The position numbers and the translations under genes were made by a program. The notes below the pieces were generated by a model. That model did no database searches. It was not told the origin of the DNA and was given only the letters and a program-made list of their open reading frames with translations. A stretch of 64,000 nt of DNA, from assembly GCA_049967655.1 (NCBI GenBank), contig JBMFSH010000008.1, positions 39,268 through 103,267 on the forward strand, written 5' to 3'. The DNA comes from Acidobacteriota bacterium (GTDB lineage: Bacteria; Acidobacteriota; UBA4820; DSQY01). Shown piece by piece: positions 11,360-20,486 of the stretch (position 1 is its first letter; every line of letters begins with the position of its first letter).

Positions 11360-12343
11360 ATGCACGTCTTGAGGACGCTGAAGAGCCGCTATTACGTGTC
11401 CAGGCCGGAGGATTCCCTCCCCTCGCGCCTTTGGAAATCGGCGACCCGGCGACACGTCCCCTCCTTCCCCCGCACGGTGCAGTTCCAGACGCAGACGGGC
11501 TGCAACGCGGCCTGCATCTTCTGCCCCTACCCCGACACGGTGGAGAGCCAACCCAAGGGATTCATGTCCGCGGAGCTCTTCGAGCGGATCGTGGACGAGA
11601 TCGCCCGGCACGGCGTGCGGCGCATCTCTCCCTACCTCATGAACGAGCCCTTCCTGGATCCCGGTATCATCGACAAGATGGTCGCCATCAAGCGGAAGAT
11701 CCCCGAAGCGCGCCTCGTGGTGACCAGCAACGGATCGAGGCTCACCCCGCGGGTGGCGGAACGGCTCATTGCGGCAAACGTGCTGCACGCCCTCTATATC
11801 TCTTTCCAGGGGGTGGAGAAGGAGCCCTACGAGGCGACCATGGGCGGCGCCATGGTTTTCGAGAGAACCATGGAGAACGTCACGAGCCTCATCGAGAAGT
11901 GGCGGGCCGCCGGCGGCCGGGATCGCTTCAAGATCGTGGTGACCATGGTCGGGACCAACAGGATCGACGTGGAGAAGGCCGTGGCCTTCTGGCGGGACAA
12001 GGGCGTGGAGAGCCAATGGACGGCCTTGGAGAACCGCGGCGGAAACATCGCCATCGCCTCCGACTTGGCGCCCCGGAACCATCCCATGAAACACTTCGCC
12101 ACCTGCACCCGCCTCTTCAAGCAGGCCTACATCCTGTTCAACGGGGACATGGTGCTTTGCTGCACCGATTACAGGCGCAAGGTGATCCTCGGCAACGTGG
12201 CCAAATCCAGCATCGCCGAGGTCTGGAACTCCGAGAAAAGCGTGGCCATCCGCCGGCTCTTCTCGGAGGGCCGCATGAACCAGATCCCGCTCTGCCGCAC
12301 CTGCGAGATCAGCGACACCGACGGCGGGGAGGAGTTCAACTAG
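11360..12343 (+). CDS. Radical SAM protein with C-terminal SPASM/twitch domain, function unknown
   Basis: CNAACIFC (CxxxCxxC), NEPFLD, and C-terminal C...NGDMVLCC...LGNV...CRTC. Confidence 0.8.
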   Translation: MHVLRTLKSRYYVSRPEDSLPSRLWKSATRRHVPSFPRTVQFQTQTGCNAACIFCPYPDTVESQPKGFMSAELFERIVDEIARHGVRRISPYLMNEPFLDPGIIDKMVAIKRKIPEARLVVTSNGSRLTPRVAERLIAANVLHALYISFQGVEKEPYEATMGGAMVFERTMENVTSLIEKWRAAGGRDRFKIVVTMVGTNRIDVEKAVAFWRDKGVESQWTALENRGGNIAIASDLAPRNHPMKHFATCTRLFKQAYILFNGDMVLCCTDYRRKVILGNVAKSSIAEVWNSEKSVAIRRLFSEGRMNQIPLCRTCEISDTDGGEEFN

Positions 12344-12445
12344 GCTCCCATCGGCGCCGGAACGCGCCTTCCTGCGCTTGGCTCCGGAAGGCAGGCCCTT
12401 CAAGGGTGAATCAGAATTGTTGGACAGCTATGATTCAGCATGAAT

Positions 12446-14908
12446 CTATTTGGCTTTGCCTCTCGGCTTCGTGAGCGCTGAGTTCCTCCGGCCTTTGGCG
12501 GGCCTCGCCGCGGAGGCACGTCTGGGGCCCGCCTTCGAAGAAGTTGTCTTCTTCTTGGCCTGCCTGGGCCTGAGGGCTAGCTCGAGGGCCTGGGGAATCT
12601 CTTTGACGAAGTGGAAGGTCATGTCTTTCTTCGCCTCCTCGGTGAGATCCTCCAGGTCGTTCTCGTTGCGTTCGGGAAGGATCACGGCCGAAAGCCCAGC
12701 CCGTTTCGCAGCAAGCACCTTCTCCTTGATGCCCCCCACGGGCAGCACCTTGCCCGTGAGCGTGATCTCGCCGGTCATGGCGAGGTCGTCGCGCACGACC
12801 CTGCCCGTGAGCAGGGAGACGAGCGATGAGGTGAGCGCCACGCCCGCCGAAGGGCCGTCCTTGGGAATGGCCCCCTGCGGCACGTGGACGTGGATGTCCC
12901 GCTTGGCGAAGATGTCCTCCGAGATGCCCAGCTCCTTGGCGTGGGTGCGGATCCAGGAGAGGGCCGCGTGGGCCGACTCCTTCATCACGTCGCCGAGCTG
13001 ACCGGTCAGCGACAGGGAACCCCGCCCCTTCATGGCCGTGGACTCCACGAAGAGGATGTCGCCGCCCACGGGGGTCCAGGCCAGGCCCGTGGCAACGCCG
13101 GGCCGGTCGATGCGCTCCCTCGTCTCCAGGTAGACCTGCTGAGGGCCCAGGTATTCGCGGATATTATGGGCGGTCAGGGTCACCTTGGCCTTTCGCCCAG
13201 CGATCCGGGCCTTGGCCACCTTCCGGCAGACGGCGGACATCTCCCGCTCCAGGTTCCGGACGCCGGCCTCTCGCGTGTAGTCGGAGATGATGGCCCGCAG
13301 CCCATCGTCCGAAAACAGGACCTGGCTCCGCTTCAGGCCGTGGTTGGAGAGGACGCGCGGCAGGAGGTGCTCCTTGGCGATGTGGAGCTTCTCCTCCTCG
13401 GTGTAGCCGGGAAGCCGCAGAACCTCCATCCGGTCGAGGAGGGGTTGCGGGATGGTGTCCAGGATGTTGGCCGTGGCGATGAACATGGTCTTGGAGAGAT
13501 CGAAGGCGACCTCGAGGTAGTGGTCCGAAAAGGAGAAGTTCTGCTCGGGATCCAGAACCTCCAGGAGGGCCGACGTGGGATCGCCGCGGAAATCCATCCC
13601 GACCTTGTCCAGCTCGTCGAGCATCATGACCGGGTTGTGGCTGCCCGCCTTCCTCATGCCCTGGATGATGCGGCCGGGCAGGGCGCCCACGTAGGTGCGG
13701 CGGTGGCCCCGGATCTCGGCCTCGTCGCGGATGCCGCCCAGGCTCATGCGCACAAACTTTCGGCCGAGCGAGCGGGCGATGGAGCGCCCGAGGCTCGTCT
13801 TGCCCACGCCGGGAGGCCCCACCAGGCACAAGATGGGGCCCTTGAGATCCTTCTTGAGCTGCTGCACCGCGAGGTATTCGATGATCCGGTCCTTGACCTT
13901 CTCCAGGCCGTAGTGATCCTCGTCCAGGAACCTCTGGGCCCGCTCAATGTCGAGGCGGTCCTTAGTGCTCTTGCTCCAAGGCAGCTCGATGAGCCAGTCC
14001 AGGTAAGTGCGGGAGACGGTGTATTCGGCGGCCGAGGGGTGCATCATGGCGAGCCGGTCCACCTCCTTGAGGGCTACCTCTTCCGCCTCCTTGGGCATCT
14101 TGGCCTTGGCCACCCTGGCCTTGAGCTCATCCACTTCCCTGACGCGGTCGTCCCCCTCGCCCAGCTCCTTCTGAATGGCCTTCATTTGCTCCTTCAAGAA
14201 GTAGTCGCGCTGGGCCTTGTTCAGCTTATCGATAACCTCGGACTGGATCTTCGAACCCAGCTCCACCACCTGGAGCTCCCGAGCCAGAATGCCCGTGAGC
14301 ATTTTGAGGCGCTGTATGGTGTCGACCTCCTCCAGGATGGCCTGCTTCTCCGCCAGGGGGATGCTGAGGTTGAAACTGATGGTGTCCACCACGCGGTTGG
14401 CGTCTTCGTAACGCTGGAGCGGCGCAACCATCTCCTGGGGGATGGACGGGACCAGGCTGGCCAGCTTCTCGTATTGGGCCAGGATGTTCTTCTGGAGGGC
14501 CTCCACCTCGATGGGGCTGCCCGGGATGTTTTCAAGGAAGCTCACTCGGGCCTCGAAGTAGCTCTCCTCCGGTGTGAAGGACTCCACCCGCACCTTTCCC
14601 TGGCCGTGGACGATCACCGACAGGTTGTTGGGCGCCACACGCATGAGCCTGAGGATCTTGGCAATGACGCCCACGCGGTAGAGGTCGTCCTGCCCCGGCT
14701 CCTCCACGTCGCCGTCCTTTTGGCTCAGGATGAGCAGGTAGCCCTCTCCGCGCGTGGCCTGCTCCACCGCCTTGAGCGACTTGTCTCGCCCCACCGCGAG
14801 CGGAATGATCATGTCCGGGAAGAGCAGGGTGTTCCGCAACGGAAGGACGGGTAGGACGGGGTTTTCTTTGAGTTTCTTTTCCAGGTCCTGTTCGGCTGCG
14901 CTCGTCAT
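12446..14908 (-). CDS. lon: Lon protease (endopeptidase La)
   Basis: LPVLPLRN N-domain, GPPGVGKT Walker A, GHRRTYVGA, PKDGPSAG catalytic Ser, GGIKEK. Start placed at MTSAAEQ. Confidence 0.95.
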   Translation of the reverse strand: MTSAAEQDLEKKLKENPVLPVLPLRNTLLFPDMIIPLAVGRDKSLKAVEQATRGEGYLLILSQKDGDVEEPGQDDLYRVGVIAKILRLMRVAPNNLSVIVHGQGKVRVESFTPEESYFEARVSFLENIPGSPIEVEALQKNILAQYEKLASLVPSIPQEMVAPLQRYEDANRVVDTISFNLSIPLAEKQAILEEVDTIQRLKMLTGILARELQVVELGSKIQSEVIDKLNKAQRDYFLKEQMKAIQKELGEGDDRVREVDELKARVAKAKMPKEAEEVALKEVDRLAMMHPSAAEYTVSRTYLDWLIELPWSKSTKDRLDIERAQRFLDEDHYGLEKVKDRIIEYLAVQQLKKDLKGPILCLVGPPGVGKTSLGRSIARSLGRKFVRMSLGGIRDEAEIRGHRRTYVGALPGRIIQGMRKAGSHNPVMMLDELDKVGMDFRGDPTSALLEVLDPEQNFSFSDHYLEVAFDLSKTMFIATANILDTIPQPLLDRMEVLRLPGYTEEEKLHIAKEHLLPRVLSNHGLKRSQVLFSDDGLRAIISDYTREAGVRNLEREMSAVCRKVAKARIAGRKAKVTLTAHNIREYLGPQQVYLETRERIDRPGVATGLAWTPVGGDILFVESTAMKGRGSLSLTGQLGDVMKESAHAALSWIRTHAKELGISEDIFAKRDIHVHVPQGAIPKDGPSAGVALTSSLVSLLTGRVVRDDLAMTGEITLTGKVLPVGGIKEKVLAAKRAGLSAVILPERNENDLEDLTEEAKKDMTFHFVKEIPQALELALRPRQAKKKTTSSKAGPRRASAARPAKGRRNSALTKPRGKAK

Positions 14909-15191
14909 CTCGTTTTCCCCCTTCGGGCCCAGCCTTGTCGGGCTGGCCGGTGCGGGCGCCGGGGCTGCAAGTCCCCGATTATGCTCGCCACTGACGCCCA
15001 AGCGACGGTGGCCCCGGTGCCATGAGCGCCGGCGAATGTTTCTCTGTCTAGCATAGCGGAACTGCCACCGAACCCGCAACCCTGAGGCTTAGGGAGGGGG
15101 ACTCGGCCGGAGGTTCTTGTACACGAAGCGCTCTCCTCTTATTCCGCCCCCCAAGATCCCACGCCCCCTCCCTGGCCCGAGCGCAAGCCCC

Positions 15192-15220
15192 TTTACAGCG
15201 AGCCGGTTATGTGTTACGCT
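15192..15220 (+). promoter_or_regulatory. Putative sigma70 promoter of rpsO-pnp
   Basis: TTTACA-17 bp-TACGCT with an extended TG; 33 nt upstream of the rpsO ATG. Confidence 0.5.
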
Positions 15221-15253
15221 CTTATCTTTGAGGTGGATAGGAGAAACGCGAAG

Positions 15254-15517
15254 ATGGAGAGACAAAACAAGAAAGTCCTCATGGAGCAGTACCGGAAGCA
15301 CCCCTCCGACACGGGCTCGCCTGAGGTCCAGATCGCCCTTCTTTCGGACCGCATCAACTCCCTGACGGACCACATGAAGACCCATCGCAAGGACTTCAGC
15401 ACCCGCCGGGGCCTGTTGATGCTGGTCGGCCAGCGCCGACGCCTGCTCAACTATCTCAAAGACCGTGACATCGAGCGGTACCGCGAGCTGATCGGTCGGC
15501 TGGGCTTGCGCAAATAA
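15254..15517 (+). CDS. rpsO: 30S ribosomal protein S15
   Basis: [37 protein letters not shown]. Confidence 0.97.
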   Translation: MERQNKKVLMEQYRKHPSDTGSPEVQIALLSDRINSLTDHMKTHRKDFSTRRGLLMLVGQRRRLLNYLKDRDIERYRELIGRLGLRK

Positions 15518-15591
15518 CACGTCAGCCCATTCTTTCCAGCTCCCGACAACAGCCGAAGCGGAAGAGGTGTGGCAGGAGATGAGGTGCGTTC

Positions 15592-17814
15592 ATGTACCGT
15601 GAAGAAACGGTCACAGTTGATGTCGGGGGCAGGGCCCTCAAATTCAGTACGGGCAAGGTAGCCAAACAGGCCCACGGAGCCACGTGGGTCCGTTACGGCG
15701 ATTCGGTGGTCCTGGTGACCGCCGCCATGGACAAGAACGGTAGGGAGGGGCTCGACTTCCTTCCCTTCACCGTGGATTACCGAGAGTACACTTACGCGGG
15801 CGGCCGCATCCCCGGCGGCTTCTTCAAGCGGGAGGGGAAGCCCACCGATCCGGAGGTGCTCATCTCCCGCATGATTGACCGGCCGCTGCGGCCACTCTTT
15901 CCCGAGGGGTTCCACTACGAGACGCAAGTCATCGCCATGGTGCTCTCGGCGGACTATGAAAACGACCCCGGGATCATGGCCATCAACGGCGCCTCCTTCG
16001 CCCTCTACTGCTCGACCATCCCCTTCACACGTCCCGTCGGAGCCGTGCGGGTTGGCCTCATGGACGGCCAGTACGTGGTCAACCCCTCCATGAAGGTCAT
16101 GGACCAAAGTCGCCTGAATCTGGTGGTGGCCGGCACCAAGGAGGCCATCTGCATGGTGGAGGCGGGGGCCGGCGAGCTCTCCGAGTCGGAGATGGTGGAG
16201 GCTCTCAAGGTCGCCCACGCTGAGATCCGCAAGATCGTTCAGGCTCAGGAGGAGCTCTTCACCCGCCTGGGCATCCAGAAGATGGTGGTAGAGAGGCCCG
16301 GCGTGGACCCCGCCCACCTCGCCGAGGTGGAAGAGAAGATCGCCGCGCCGCTCAAACAGGCCATGGCCGTCAAGGGCAAGCTGGCCATGTACGCCGCCCT
16401 CGACAAGGTCCGGGACGACCTGCTGGCCACCTACCCCGAGGACCAGCCCGAACGCAAGGCCGAGGCGGGCAGGATCTACCACGAGGTCCTCGTGAAGACC
16501 TTCCGCTCCGTCCTGCTGCGCGAGGGCCGCCGCGTGGACGGCCGCCTCTTCGACGAGATCCGGCCGGTCTGGAGCGAGGTGGGAGTGCTCCCCAGAACCC
16601 ACGGCTCGGCCCTCTTCACCCGCGGCGAGACCATGGCCCTGGCCAACTGCACCCTCGGCACGGCCGCGGATGCCCAGCGCCTCTCGGGCCTTCTCGAAGG
16701 CCAGCAGAAGCACTTCATCCTGCACTACAACTTCCCTCCCTTCAGCGTTGGCGAGGTCAAGTTCCTACGCGGACCCGGCCGGCGCGAAATCGGACACGGA
16801 GCCCTGGCGGAGCGGGCCATCGCGCCCATGATCCCCGACGAGAAATCCTTCCCCTACACCATCCGCGTGGTCTCCGATATCCTCGAATCCAACGGCTCCT
16901 CTTCACAGGCCACCATCTGCGGTGCCACCCTGGCCCTCATGGACGCGGGCGTCCCCATCAAGGCCCCCGTGGCCGGAGTGGCCATGGGCCTCATCATGGA
17001 AGGGGACCGATACGCCATCCTCTCGGACATCGCCGGACTGGAGGACCACTACGGGGACATGGACTTCAAGGTGGCCGGCACCTCCAAGGGGATCACGGCC
17101 CTCCAGATGGACATCAAGGTGGACGGCATCTCCTTCGAGATCATGACTGAGGCGCTGGAGCAGGCCCGCAAGGGCCGCCTGCACCTGCTGGAGCTCATGG
17201 CCCAGACCCTCCCGGCCCCGCGCGCCGACATTTCGCCTTACGCTCCCCGGATCTACGCCATCCAGATCCCCAAGGCCAAGATCGGCGAGCTGATCGGCCC
17301 CGGAGGCAAGAACGTGCGCGCCATCCAGGAATCAACCGGCGTGGACATCAACATCGAGGAGGACGGCACCGTCCAGGTGGCCTCCAACGATGCGGCGGCC
17401 GCCGAGAAGGCCCTCGCCATGATCCGTGCCCAGATGGAAGAGCCCGAGCTGGGGCGAATCTACAAGGGCGTGGTGAAGCGCGTGGAACCGTACGGGGCCT
17501 TTGTGGAGATCCTTCCCGGCACGGACGGCCTCCTGCACGTTTCCGAGCTGGACTGGAACCGCGTGGACAGCGTGGACGACGTGCTGAAACTGGGCGACGA
17601 GATCGAGGTCAAGCTCGTGGATTACGAGCGCGGCGGCAAGCTCCGTTTGAGCCGGAAGGTCCTTCTGCCGAAGCCCGAGGGCTACGTGGAGCGTCCGCGC
17701 GCGCCGCGCGATGACCGCCCGCCCCGCAGCGGCCCCAGGGGAGACCGACGTGACGACCGCCGAGGCGATCGCGACAGGGGCGGCGACCGAGGCCGGCCCA
17801 GCCGGCCCCGCTGA
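15592..17814 (+). CDS. pnp: Polyribonucleotide nucleotidyltransferase (PNPase)
   Basis: Two RNase PH domains, RREIGHG, ESNGSSS, GDMDFKVAG, KH and S1 domains; follows rpsO as usual. Confidence 0.97.
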   Translation: MYREETVTVDVGGRALKFSTGKVAKQAHGATWVRYGDSVVLVTAAMDKNGREGLDFLPFTVDYREYTYAGGRIPGGFFKREGKPTDPEVLISRMIDRPLRPLFPEGFHYETQVIAMVLSADYENDPGIMAINGASFALYCSTIPFTRPVGAVRVGLMDGQYVVNPSMKVMDQSRLNLVVAGTKEAICMVEAGAGELSESEMVEALKVAHAEIRKIVQAQEELFTRLGIQKMVVERPGVDPAHLAEVEEKIAAPLKQAMAVKGKLAMYAALDKVRDDLLATYPEDQPERKAEAGRIYHEVLVKTFRSVLLREGRRVDGRLFDEIRPVWSEVGVLPRTHGSALFTRGETMALANCTLGTAADAQRLSGLLEGQQKHFILHYNFPPFSVGEVKFLRGPGRREIGHGALAERAIAPMIPDEKSFPYTIRVVSDILESNGSSSQATICGATLALMDAGVPIKAPVAGVAMGLIMEGDRYAILSDIAGLEDHYGDMDFKVAGTSKGITALQMDIKVDGISFEIMTEALEQARKGRLHLLELMAQTLPAPRADISPYAPRIYAIQIPKAKIGELIGPGGKNVRAIQESTGVDINIEEDGTVQVASNDAAAAEKALAMIRAQMEEPELGRIYKGVVKRVEPYGAFVEILPGTDGLLHVSELDWNRVDSVDDVLKLGDEIEVKLVDYERGGKLRLSRKVLLPKPEGYVERPRAPRDDRPPRSGPRGDRRDDRRGDRDRGGDRGRPSRPR

Positions 17815-17842
17815 GCCCCACTCTTCCTTTCGCACCAATTCC

Positions 17843-17878
17843 GGGCACGGACATAAAAGGTCCGTGCCCTTTTCGTTT
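17843..17878 (+). terminator. Intrinsic terminator after pnp
   Basis: gggcacggac-ataaaag-gtccgtgccc 10-bp stem followed by ttttcgttt. Confidence 0.75.
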
Positions 17879-17968
17879 CTCCATCCATCATCCCTATCAC
17901 TCCCATCCCCTCTTGACCCCTCCCACACTGAGGCATTACGCTGTTCAGTAAGGGACGGGGCAGGGAAC

Positions 17969-18340
17969 ATGAAGCAGACGATCCTCGTTATCGACGACAA
18001 CCCCGATCTGCTGGATATCGTCGATGCGATCCTCTCGGAAGCGGGTTTTTTAGTGGCCAAGGCCCTTTCGGGCGAGGACGGGCTGGGCGTGGCGCGAAAC
18101 CTTCGTCCCCACCTGATCCTCCTCGATCTGAACATGCCCAGGATGGACGGCTGGGAGGTCCTCAATCTCCTCAAGGCCGACGCCGTCACCAGGGAGATCC
18201 CCGTGGCCATCTTCTCGGTGCGCACCGACCTCAAGGACAAGATCTTCGGCCTCCAGCGGGGGGCCGTCGACTACATCCCCAAGCCCTTCCAGTACGACCG
18301 CCTGGCCGCGCGCGTCTCGCGGATCCTCGAGCACGCCTGA
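17969..18340 (+). CDS. Single-domain response regulator (receiver)
   Basis: ILVIDD, LLDLNMPRMDG, DYIPKPF. Confidence 0.9.
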   Translation: MKQTILVIDDNPDLLDIVDAILSEAGFLVAKALSGEDGLGVARNLRPHLILLDLNMPRMDGWEVLNLLKADAVTREIPVAIFSVRTDLKDKIFGLQRGAVDYIPKPFQYDRLAARVSRILEHA

Positions 18341-18488
18341 AACAACCAGCACCGTCGAAGCTGGACCACGGCACTGCGGGACGCGCAAGGCCCCTTGATG
18401 TCTGCTTGCCACGGGACGCGGCCCCTCGCCTCACGCCGAGGGGCCGCTCAAGGTCGGTTGCATGACGAAGGGAACGGCGGTGGCGCGC

Positions 18489-18749
18489 TCAGGCTCGGAT
18501 GCGCCCGCGTTCGATGGCGGCCTTCACCAGCGCCAGAATCTTCTCGAGTTCCTCCCGGACGGCCGCCTGGATGTGCTTGGGGTTCCCCAGCCCCTCGACG
18601 GCCGTCCTGTAGGAGGCGCGCTTCTGGAAGAGGATGCGCCCTCCCGCGTACACTCGCACCTCCAGCTCGGCGTTGCCTTCGAGATCCTCGATCTGGATGT
18701 GGAAATCGGCCCCGCCGTGCTCGAAGTGGGTGTTCACCCCGGTGATCAC
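18489..18749 (-). CDS. Small hypothetical protein
   Basis: 86 aa with protein-like composition; start overlaps the stop of the phosphoesterase gene. Confidence 0.65.
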   Translation of the reverse strand: MITGVNTHFEHGGADFHIQIEDLEGNAELEVRVYAGGRILFQKRASYRTAVEGLGNPKHIQAAVREELEKILALVKAAIERGRIRA

Positions 18750-19495
18750 GTGCCCACCTTCAGGCGGTTGGCCAAGTGGACCGGCAGCCCCGCCCTCCTG
18801 ATCCGTTCCGCCGCCACCTCCACCTCGTACTCCACCCTCCGGACCACCAGCCGCCGGGCCTCCGGGTAGAACTCCGCGAAGGCCGCCTTGGCGTTCCGGT
18901 CCCTGGGCTGGCCTACGGAGCCGGGGTTGATGAGGTAACGCGCCTCGGACGAAAGGGTCAGCTCCACCTGGTCGCCCCGGATGGGCAGGTATTCGACCCC
19001 CTCCTCGCTCTTCCGGTAGACCGCCGGGATGTGGGTGTGGCCGAAGAAGCAGATGTGGAAGGGGGCGGCCTGAAAGGCCTGGTAGGCGTCGAAATCCGAG
19101 AAGAGATAGGCGTCCTCGTCCTGGAACGAACCGTGGGCCAGCCAGATCCCGGGGAGCACCTCGACGGGCCCCACGGGCAGGCGCCGGAGGTACTCCCGGT
19201 TCTCCAGCCTCAGGTGGTGCAGCGTCCAGAGGGCCGCCTCCCGCGCGGCGCTGTTGAAGTTGTCGCCGTCCTCGATGCCGCAGCAGACCTTGTCGTGGTT
19301 GCCTCGCACCACTCGGAGGTTGCGCACCCTCCGGATCCGGCTCACCACGGGATTGGGGTTGGCCCCGTAGCCCACCAAGTCCCCGAGGCAGAAAACGCCC
19401 TCGTAGCGGCGTCGCTGGACGACCCGGAAGACGGCCTCCAGCGCCTGCTGGTTGGCGTGCACGTCCGAGATGATGAGGTAGCGCTTTCTGGCCAA
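18746..19495 (-). CDS. Metallophosphoesterase (calcineurin-like)
   Basis: SDVHAN, GDLVGYG, GNHD, GHTH, NPGSVGQPRD. Confidence 0.9.
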   Translation of the reverse strand: MARKRYLIISDVHANQQALEAVFRVVQRRRYEGVFCLGDLVGYGANPNPVVSRIRRVRNLRVVRGNHDKVCCGIEDGDNFNSAAREAALWTLHHLRLENREYLRRLPVGPVEVLPGIWLAHGSFQDEDAYLFSDFDAYQAFQAAPFHICFFGHTHIPAVYRKSEEGVEYLPIRGDQVELTLSSEARYLINPGSVGQPRDRNAKAAFAEFYPEARRLVVRRVEYEVEVAAERIRRAGLPVHLANRLKVGT

Positions 19496-19519
19496 CCCGT
19501 CTCCCTGCTTGGTTTCACG

Positions 19520-20008
19520 TTAGATGAAACGCAGAATCGCGTCAACCACCTCGTCCACCGTGAGCCCCTCCGTCCAGACCCGGTGGGAGGCCCTGGCGTA
19601 CCAGCGCCGGCGGCGGAGGAAGAGCCCGAAGAGGTCGGGGTCCTTCAGCATGGGCCGCCGGGCGTCACCGGCTACGCGCCTTTGCACCTCCTGGAAGGTG
19701 AGGTCGAGGTGAACGGTGGGGCCGAGCCGGTTCAGAAGAGGTGCGGTCTCGTCGTTAAAGCCCCCGCCCCCCACGGCGAGCACCCGCTGGCCCTCCTCCG
19801 GCGTGGAGAGGATGATCCGGCGCTCCAGGTCCCGGAAATAGGGCTCCCCTTTCTGGGCGAAGATCCGCGCGATGGGCATGCCCTCCTGCTCCTCGATGAG
19901 CGCGTCCGTATCCTTGAAGGGCCAGCGCAGGCGCATGGCCAGCACTCGCCCCACGGTGCTCTTGCCGCTCCCCATGAATCCCACGAGGGTGATAGTCCTG
20001 CCGCTCAT
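19520..20008 (-). CDS. aroK: Shikimate kinase
   Basis: GFMGSGKSTVG, DTD, GEPYFRDLE, GGG, RP. Confidence 0.9.
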   Translation of the reverse strand: MSGRTITLVGFMGSGKSTVGRVLAMRLRWPFKDTDALIEEQEGMPIARIFAQKGEPYFRDLERRIILSTPEEGQRVLAVGGGGFNDETAPLLNRLGPTVHLDLTFQEVQRRVAGDARRPMLKDPDLFGLFLRRRRWYARASHRVWTEGLTVDEVVDAILRFI

Positions 20009-20045
20009 GGGCTAACGGTAGCACAGCTTGTGGCGGGCAGCCTCC

Positions 20046-20139
20046 GGGAAACAGGGAATCAGGGAGAGCGCTCCAGAGACTTCGGGCTCTCCAGTTCCCT
20101 TTCCCTGTCACCCTGTCTCGCCGTCTCCCTGTTTCTCTC
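20046..20139. repeat. Imperfect inverted array of 8-mer purine-rich/pyrimidine-rich units
   Basis: ggaaacag-ggaatcag-ggagag on the left; ccctgtca-ccctgtct-cgccgtct-ccctgttt on the right. Confidence 0.45.
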
Positions 20140-20203
20140 CGAGAAGGAGGGGGGCCCCCATAAGCCGAAGAGGGAGCCGAAGCTCCCTCTCGTCAAATTA
20201 GGA

Positions 20204-20278
20204 TGGTGGGCGATGCTGGATTCGAACCAGCGACTCCTACCGTGTGAGGATAGTACTCTCCCGCTGAGTTAATCGCCC
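20204..20278 (-). tRNA. tRNA-Val (anticodon CAC)
   Basis: Reverse complement folds as a cloverleaf: GGGCGAT/ATCGCCC acceptor stem, anticodon loop CT-CAC-AC, TTCGAAT T-loop, encoded CCA. Confidence 0.95.
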
Positions 20279-20486
20279 ACGGGTTGTTCATGATAGGGGA
20301 GGCCCCAGTGCCCTGTCAAGTGGAACGGCGGGCCCCTCGGGTTGCCCGGAGTCTGGGTGTTCGAGTAGACTCTGAGTCTGTCCGCCAGCCTCAAGGCCTT
20401 TGGCGGGTGGAGGATGAACGCCGGCTCTCCTCGAACGAGCCGCCCGAACCCCGTCGCACAGCGGGTTCCACGCTGGAGGTTCACCC

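Noticed and set aside
20204..20278. tRNA-Val as an integration site
   Set aside because: No integrase and no duplicated tRNA 3' end in the window; the flanking genes are housekeeping.
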